NCBI GenBank assembly: GCA_963803145.1
Contig: CAWDLW010000020.1
Location: 153,515 to 217,514 of the forward strand
Length of the DNA: 64,000 nucleotides
Source: Methanotrichaceae archaeon
GTDB taxonomy: Archaea; Halobacteriota; Methanosarcinia; Methanotrichales; Methanotrichaceae
Direction: 5' to 3'
Below are positions 59,270 to 64,000 of the stretch, piece after piece. Under the pieces are notes generated by a model. It saw only the letters and a program-made list of their open reading frames with translations. It was not told where the DNA came from and searched no databases. Positions within the stretch are counted from its first letter, which is position 1. Every line of letters begins with the position of its first letter. Made by a program: the position numbers and the translations under genes.

Positions 59270-59304
59270 TGCAGGTGCTCGATAATTACTGAAATGTCCT
59301 TGCC

Positions 59305-59655
59305 TTAAATTCCCATATAGAAATCTGCAGTTTGCTGGATTTCCTGAAGCTTGTCATCAGAGAGGCCTGCCAGATCTTCCTGCTTGATCCACCCTTCAGC
59401 CATCAGAAGTCCAAAGACAGATATAAGGACTGAATAACGGTAGTCGTACTTTCGGTTCATCTCCTTTCGCTTCTCTGTCAGATAATCATGAAGCTGCCAG
59501 ATGTCGGATGGCTCATGGATACCAGCCGCCATTTTGCGGACGTCATGGGCAATGGCAATATATTCACGCTCACGGGCGGCATTGAATGCTCTGCGTGCAA
59601 TCTCCTTCTCCTGTTTTGACCAACCTGTACCGCTTAACCGTTCTATTTCACTCAT
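59305..59655 (-). CDS. Fluorescence recovery protein (FRP)-like protein
   Basis: WS..EK.IAR.AF..A..RE, W.LHDYL...R.....KYDYRYS.L..VF and EDL.GL..DK motifs. Confidence 0.8.
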   Translation of the reverse strand: MSEIERLSGTGWSKQEKEIARRAFNAAREREYIAIAHDVRKMAAGIHEPSDIWQLHDYLTEKRKEMNRKYDYRYSVLISVFGLLMAEGWIKQEDLAGLSDDKLQEIQQTADFYMGI

Positions 59656-59681
59656 TGCCCACTTCTAGCCAGACAATATAA

Positions 59682-60065
59682 TCAGTATACTTTTATGTTT
59701 AGTTCCGTTACTTTAGCAATAGACTCAAAATCGCTGTCCCTGGTGATTAAGGTCTCGGCACCATTCGCCACGGCAATTCCAGCTATCAGAACATCGAGAT
59801 CATTGACAGAAATCCCAAATGTGAGAAGCCTTCCCATAATTTCACTCGACCTTTCAGCGGCTACCAGATCCAATTCTAATATCCTAATATCGGAAAAGAA
59901 CCTCCTGAAGAATCTCTCTTCGGCCTTCGCTTTACGGTGCTTTATTCCGACAAAGATCTCGTGATAATTAACGACAGTCGATGCAACATCTCCTCCTATT
60001 GCCTTTCGGATTTCCTCTCTGCCTCTAAATAGGTCGATTAGAGCACTGGTATCCAAGATAATCAA
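59682..60065 (-). CDS. vapC: VapC PIN-domain toxin
   Basis: ILDTSALID, E, D.LIAG and TRD.DF motifs. Confidence 0.92.
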   Translation of the reverse strand: MIILDTSALIDLFRGREEIRKAIGGDVASTVVNYHEIFVGIKHRKAKAEERFFRRFFSDIRILELDLVAAERSSEIMGRLLTFGISVNDLDVLIAGIAVANGAETLITRDSDFESIAKVTELNIKVY

Positions 60066-60280
60066 GTTCTATGCCTCGCCATTGCTCTTATCTTTCTCGA
60101 ATCTTCTTCAAGTTCGTCTAGTAATGGGTTATCTTTGAGGGCGCCGAAGTATTCTGATAAATCTGTTTTATCCCTTCTAAGCAATCTTTTTATAACATCG
60201 CTGAAGCTCTCTTCATCTCTTCTAGCATCTTTGAGTAATTTATATACGTCATCACTTATCGAAATGGTCTTGGATGCCAT
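60062..60280 (-). CDS. vapB: VapB antitoxin
   Basis: MASKTISISDDVY..L......ESFSDVI; overlaps the vapC start; ATG 60280 chosen. Confidence 0.88.
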   Translation of the reverse strand: MASKTISISDDVYKLLKDARRDEESFSDVIKRLLRRDKTDLSEYFGALKDNPLLDELEEDSRKIRAMARHRT

Positions 60281-60308
60281 ATATCTGTATATGCATGCAC
60301 AGATATAT
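60279..60308. promoter_or_regulatory. Palindromic putative vapBC autoregulatory operator
   Basis: Perfect 10-bp inverted repeat ATATATCTGT-N10-ACAGATATAT abutting the vapB start. Confidence 0.6.
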
Positions 60309-60511
60309 ACGGTTTTTGGATTTTGAAGCTGCAAGCTATATGACCTTAAGTGCTCCATAAAAATTGCTGCTGTCTTTGTCAGCCACCGTGATCTGATAAT
60401 TATGGGATCATCCACTACAGTTCAGATCAACAGCCCAATCACATGTAACTATCAATGGTTAATTCATGTTTTTCCTGAATCACATCAAGCCTTGAATCCA
60501 ACCGATGTAAG

Positions 60512-60742
60512 TGTTCCCCGCTTGCGGGGTCAGGAGCAGCCCGCGCGGCGCCTGAGCGCGCCCCGTCAACTGCTAGCGCGCGAGATCCCCAGACGCGCGG
60601 GTACGCCAGAAGTCTGTAGATTTTCTGCTAACAGGCTCCTGGATTCAGTACTAACGGGCAACTTCTGGGGCGAGGCAGATATAGCTACACGGGGCGCCCT
60701 CAAGGCCGGGCGGGCCCCCTGACCCTGCCTCCGGCGGGGACA
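60512..60742. repeat. GC-rich palindromic element, copy 1 (left arm plus right arm)
   Basis: About 55-bp imperfect terminal inverted repeats, plus inner CCAGAAGT/ACTTCTGG pairing. Confidence 0.88.
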
Positions 60743-60758
60743 ATTCACGTTATGGTTC

Positions 60759-61223
60759 CTACAAAGCAAAATGGTCCAACGATATCCGGCAATCAAGATC
60801 CTCTTTTGGTTCATCGGTTAATTCTATTTCATTATCCTCGCACCATTGAAGAAGTTCCTCGTTCTCCCGTTCATTCTCAAAATTATACCAGCTCTGCAGC
60901 AGTCCCTTACTTTCCAGAAGATACTTGAACGTTCCATAAGCTCCTCGGTGCCCGAAAATCTGCCGGACAGCATTGTATTCATCCGGCAAACTCATTTCGA
61001 CGAATTCAAAAACAAGCTGTTGACCTAGATCAAGATCATTTTTATGAGGGATCTGTATAAATTCATCACAATCAAGTTCATCATCTATTTCGTCCAGGTC
61101 CCCTGACTCCGAACGATAATATATTTGGCCTGTACCTTTACAGAGAACTGCTAAGTTCCCGCCTTGTGGGGCTGAGCTCACAAACGAGAACGCATCCTGG
61201 ATATCGCTGAATGTGACCATCAT
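60759..61223 (-). CDS. UPF0158-family protein
   Basis: TGQIYY, FEFVE, GAY.TFK.LL...GL...WY.FE...L.QWC.DN.I motifs. Confidence 0.8.
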   Translation of the reverse strand: MMVTFSDIQDAFSFVSSAPQGGNLAVLCKGTGQIYYRSESGDLDEIDDELDCDEFIQIPHKNDLDLGQQLVFEFVEMSLPDEYNAVRQIFGHRGAYGTFKYLLESKGLLQSWYNFENERENEELLQWCEDNEIELTDEPKEDLDCRISLDHFAL

Positions 61224-61227
61224 CCCC

Positions 61228-61563
61228 TCACTTTTTCAATGACGCCTCAAGTTCAGCCTTCCGGAGTTCAAGCTCCTCTAGCAGTTCTTTTGTTTCAGAT
61301 ATCGCCTTCTTGATTTTCCGAAGCTCCGTTTTATTCTTATGTTCAGCCAGGTATTCCTGTCCAAGCTCATCGGCAATATATTCTTCGAGTTGGCTTCTTA
61401 AAATTTTGACGTATGGATATCCCCACATCGATCCTTGGCGATATTCAAGTTTGCCGGCCTCTATACCTTTGATAACGAAATCGCGATCTACTCCGTATTC
61501 CTTCTTTGCGGTTTTATCGCTGAGGGTCGCGCCTTTCAGATTCCATTCGCCATATTTTGCCAT
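61228..61563 (-). CDS. Hypothetical protein (HTH-like plus coiled coil)
   Basis: ATLSDKTAKKEYG...I.AGKLEYR and a coiled-coil tail; closely spaced with the UPF0158 gene. Confidence 0.7.
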   Translation of the reverse strand: MAKYGEWNLKGATLSDKTAKKEYGVDRDFVIKGIEAGKLEYRQGSMWGYPYVKILRSQLEEYIADELGQEYLAEHKNKTELRKIKKAISETKELLEELELRKAELEASLKK

Positions 61564-61593
61564 AAATCCTCAGCTGATCAGATCTCATTAGGC

Positions 61594-61794
61594 TTATTCC
61601 TTGTTTTTTCTCATCAGTCTCGCTAGCTTATTCTCAAGTCTCTTCCTTTTTCTTTGTAGCCAAAATTTTTTTCCTAAAAGTTTTTTATTGATCTCCTTAA
61701 GCTCATTAAATTTTTTCATTACTTCTTCTTTATCATCATAGTTGATCTCATCCGGATCAAGATCGATTATGCTATGCTTAATAATATCTGCCAC
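61594..61794 (-). CDS. Small charged coiled-coil hypothetical protein
   Basis: Acidic N-terminal half, basic C-terminal half; GTG start. Confidence 0.5.
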   Translation of the reverse strand: MADIIKHSIIDLDPDEINYDDKEEVMKKFNELKEINKKLLGKKFWLQRKRKRLENKLARLMRKNKE

Positions 61795-61892
61795 ACCTGA
61801 ATATATATAGGATCAACTAATTATATCTTCTGGTTTTATCAATTTTATCTGAAAGCTGACGATTTTTGAACCAGACGTCAAGCTTATTTAAA

Positions 61893-62155
61893 CGTCCTCC
61901 GCTTGCGGAATCATAGGCAGCCCGCGGCACCTGAGCGTGCCCAAAACCGCCAGCACTAGCAACGCAGCATCACAGGAAAAGGCGGTAGCGTTATTTATTC
62001 TGGTTTTTGCATACCGCGTCTTAAGTTAAAAAGTCACTTTTAGCAAGGTCCATGAGTCTAATACTGAGGGCAACTTCTGGGGTGAGGCAGATATAACTAC
62101 GACGGGGCGCTCTCAGGGCCGAGCGGGCCCCCTGACCCTGCCTCCGGCGGGGACA
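61893..62155. repeat. GC-rich palindromic element, copy 2 (direct repeat of 60512-60742)
   Basis: Right arm GGGCAACTTCTGGGG...GCGGGCCCCCTGACCCTGCCTCCGGCGGGGACA is near-identical to copy 1; left arm more diverged. Confidence 0.88.
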
Positions 62156-62726
62156 TCTATATGAAGGACGCACAGATTAATAATAAAGGGATCTAGCCAG
62201 GCTTTAAGGATGCAGCCTTGATATCCTTGAAGCCTATGGTTGGTTTCTCATCAGCTAGGATGACGAATCATTCCACTCTTTTGGAATTAAGGCATTGCCA
62301 TCTCGCCAGCGCTCTACTAGATGGATATTATCAACACCTTCCCAAGCAATCTCGTCAGCATGCTCAATTACTATTATCTGTAGTTTTCCCTTTGTTCTTG
62401 TGATGCCTTCAGATAGAGCTTGAAAAATTTTCCGCGTTCGATTTAAGTCGTCGCTGTTAGGCTGTTTAATAGGCTCTTCAGGTCTTCTAGGGTTAGGGTC
62501 TAGCGGCCATCTTTCTGGGAAATAAACTTGACTGGGCTGATCGATGATTAAAAATTGGGGTACAAAGTTCTTCTGCAATGATATAAAATATTCGTGCAAG
62601 GCCAAAAGGACTGATATATGATAGCCCATCCAATTAGCGCCGCTTCCAATTTCCGGTCGTGTATGCGTTCCGATGAAATAGTTATATGTTTATAATGATA
62701 CATTCTTTAAAAGGGATGTATCAAAA

Positions 62727-63143
62727 ATGTCTGATATTACATTGTCCGATTACTGGTGCCATCATGAAGGCTGCCAGGATTATGGCATAAACGATAAAGG
62801 CAACATAGTGATAAAAGATCACTATGGAAAGAACAACCGTGCGCTCTTGAAGTGTAGAACATGTGGTCATTGTTTCAGCGAGACTCGCGGAACAATATTT
62901 TTCGGTTTAAGCACATCAGATGAGGAAGTCTTAGATGTCCTGGCCCAATTGGTAGAAAAAGGCAGTATTCGTGGTGTTGCAAGATCTACAGGTCATGATA
63001 AAAATACAATCTGCCGATGGCTCAAAAGGGCAGCGGATCATTGCAAAGAGGTCAATGATTACTTCCTGAACCATCTTCATCTTACACAAGTGCAGATAGA
63101 TGAAATATGGTCATTTTGTAAAAAAACAAAAAAATGTAAGTAG
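62727..63143 (+). CDS. IS1-family InsA-like protein
   Basis: Identical translation to 42590-43006. Confidence 0.88.
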   Translation: MSDITLSDYWCHHEGCQDYGINDKGNIVIKDHYGKNNRALLKCRTCGHCFSETRGTIFFGLSTSDEEVLDVLAQLVEKGSIRGVARSTGHDKNTICRWLKRAADHCKEVNDYFLNHLHLTQVQIDEIWSFCKKTKKCK

Positions 63144-63864
63144 CTATGACTCAAAAGACGTTGGTGACGTATATAGTCTGACAGCAATAAATGCTGAATC
63201 AAGGTTACTAATCTGCCATCATGAAGGTGGCCGAACTATAGAAGATGCAACTGCCTTATTTAGTGACTTAGAACATAGACGGGCGACAGGCACACCTCTT
63301 CCGGTATTCGTTTCCGATGATTGGGATCCATTTTCCAATGCCCTCCTTGAAGTCTACGGTGTCAAGGAGACGCCTGAATACAAAGGACTAGGCAGAAAAC
63401 CAAATCCTATACTTGTTCCTCCTCCTGACCTTAAATATGCTCAAATTGTGAAAAATAAAAAGAATGATGAAGTGGTTAACACATTTGAACGGATTGTATA
63501 TGGTGACCCGAAAGATGTGCTTGAACTGCTTTGCCCAACATCGAAAGAACATATCCAGACATCCTACGTCGAACGAATGAATCTCACTTTCAGGAATTAT
63601 CTGGCCAGGTTTATACGTGAGTCTATGAACTTTAGTAAAGATAGGCAAATTCATACCGGCGCAATAGACTTTTTCCAAGCTTGGTACAACTTCGTTAAGC
63701 CGCATGATTCTTTAAAAATTGAGATAAACCTTGACATGGAAGAAGTGGGATTCGCTCTGAATCCTAAAAAATGGATCCCTCGAACGCCTGCGATGGTTGA
63801 ATTGATTACCGACCATATTTGGACTATGAAGGAGTTAATGACTTGGAGGATCCCATTTCAATAG
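63100..63864 (+). CDS. IS1-family InsB-like DDE domain
   Basis: Identical translation to 42963-43727. Confidence 0.88.
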   Translation: MKYGHFVKKQKNVSSYDSKDVGDVYSLTAINAESRLLICHHEGGRTIEDATALFSDLEHRRATGTPLPVFVSDDWDPFSNALLEVYGVKETPEYKGLGRKPNPILVPPPDLKYAQIVKNKKNDEVVNTFERIVYGDPKDVLELLCPTSKEHIQTSYVERMNLTFRNYLARFIRESMNFSKDRQIHTGAIDFFQAWYNFVKPHDSLKIEINLDMEEVGFALNPKKWIPRTPAMVELITDHIWTMKELMTWRIPFQ

Positions 63865-64000
63865 GTCACATACACAACCCAATTTCCCAGAGGAAATCTT
63901 TCCTTTTATTATCTGATTGGATTCTCACAGTCAAGTTAATAATATCGATTAAAACTAAATCATCTGGATTTTCCACTTGAAGTATATGGGCATAGCATGG

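Larger units (their letters stand above)
62655..63879 (+). mobile_element. IS1-family element, copy 2 (1225 bp)
   Basis: Same ends and identical protein translations as copy 1; 8-bp TSD CAATTTCC at 62647-62654 and 63880-63887. Confidence 0.93.
62255..64000 (-). pseudogene. DUF3732 SMC-like ATPase (Lamassu LmuB / ABC-three-component type), 3' part, split by IS1-family copy 2
   Basis: Rejoined frame: NLTVRIQSDNKRKDFLWEI-GSGANWMGYH...FLIIDQPSQVYFP...QIIVIEHA; the 5' end lies beyond the window. Confidence 0.82.

Noticed and set aside
60402-60814. ORFs 60402-60722 and 60566-60814 (also 9311-9520 and 4689-4889)
   Set aside because: They run through or beside the GC-rich repeat arms or overlap real genes, and show no protein-like motifs
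60496-62160. Canonical integron attC sites
   Set aside because: An ATCCAAC precedes copy 1, but matching GTTRRRY ends are not consistent, the elements are 230-260 bp, and no integrase is present

Overview
Archaeal chromosomal window. Gene content (type I R-M, GAPN-like ALDH, many secreted proteins rich in N-x-S/T sequons) suggests a Methanothrix/Methanotrichaceae-like methanogen; this is inference only. No rRNA, tRNA or CRISPR array was seen. Main blocks: (1) a type I R-M locus (hsdR, hsdS, hsdM) with hsdS split by an IS630 element and hsdR separated from hsdS by an insert bounded by a duplicated hsdR 3' end; (2) rhodanese plus MBL-rhodanese, GAPN and fasciclin genes; (3) a 14.5-kb secreted-protein cluster: a signal-peptide Ig+YEATS-like protein, a 2823-aa Cys-rich repeat protein, and five tandem genes sharing one N-terminal module fused to variable C-termini; (4) a radical SAM/DUF4130 pair, two apparently identical IS1-family copies with 8-bp TSDs, and an RLAN/RimK/YkgJ/GCS2 ligase operon; (5) an accessory end with TA genes, an FRP-like gene and an IS-broken DUF3732 (Lamassu/ABC-3C-type) gene. 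The best candidates for undescribed systems are a family of GC-rich ~100-bp arms (six copies) that bracket defence/accessory gene blocks in inverted orientation, and the constant-N/variable-C secreted array. All family calls come from motif recognition; no database search was run.
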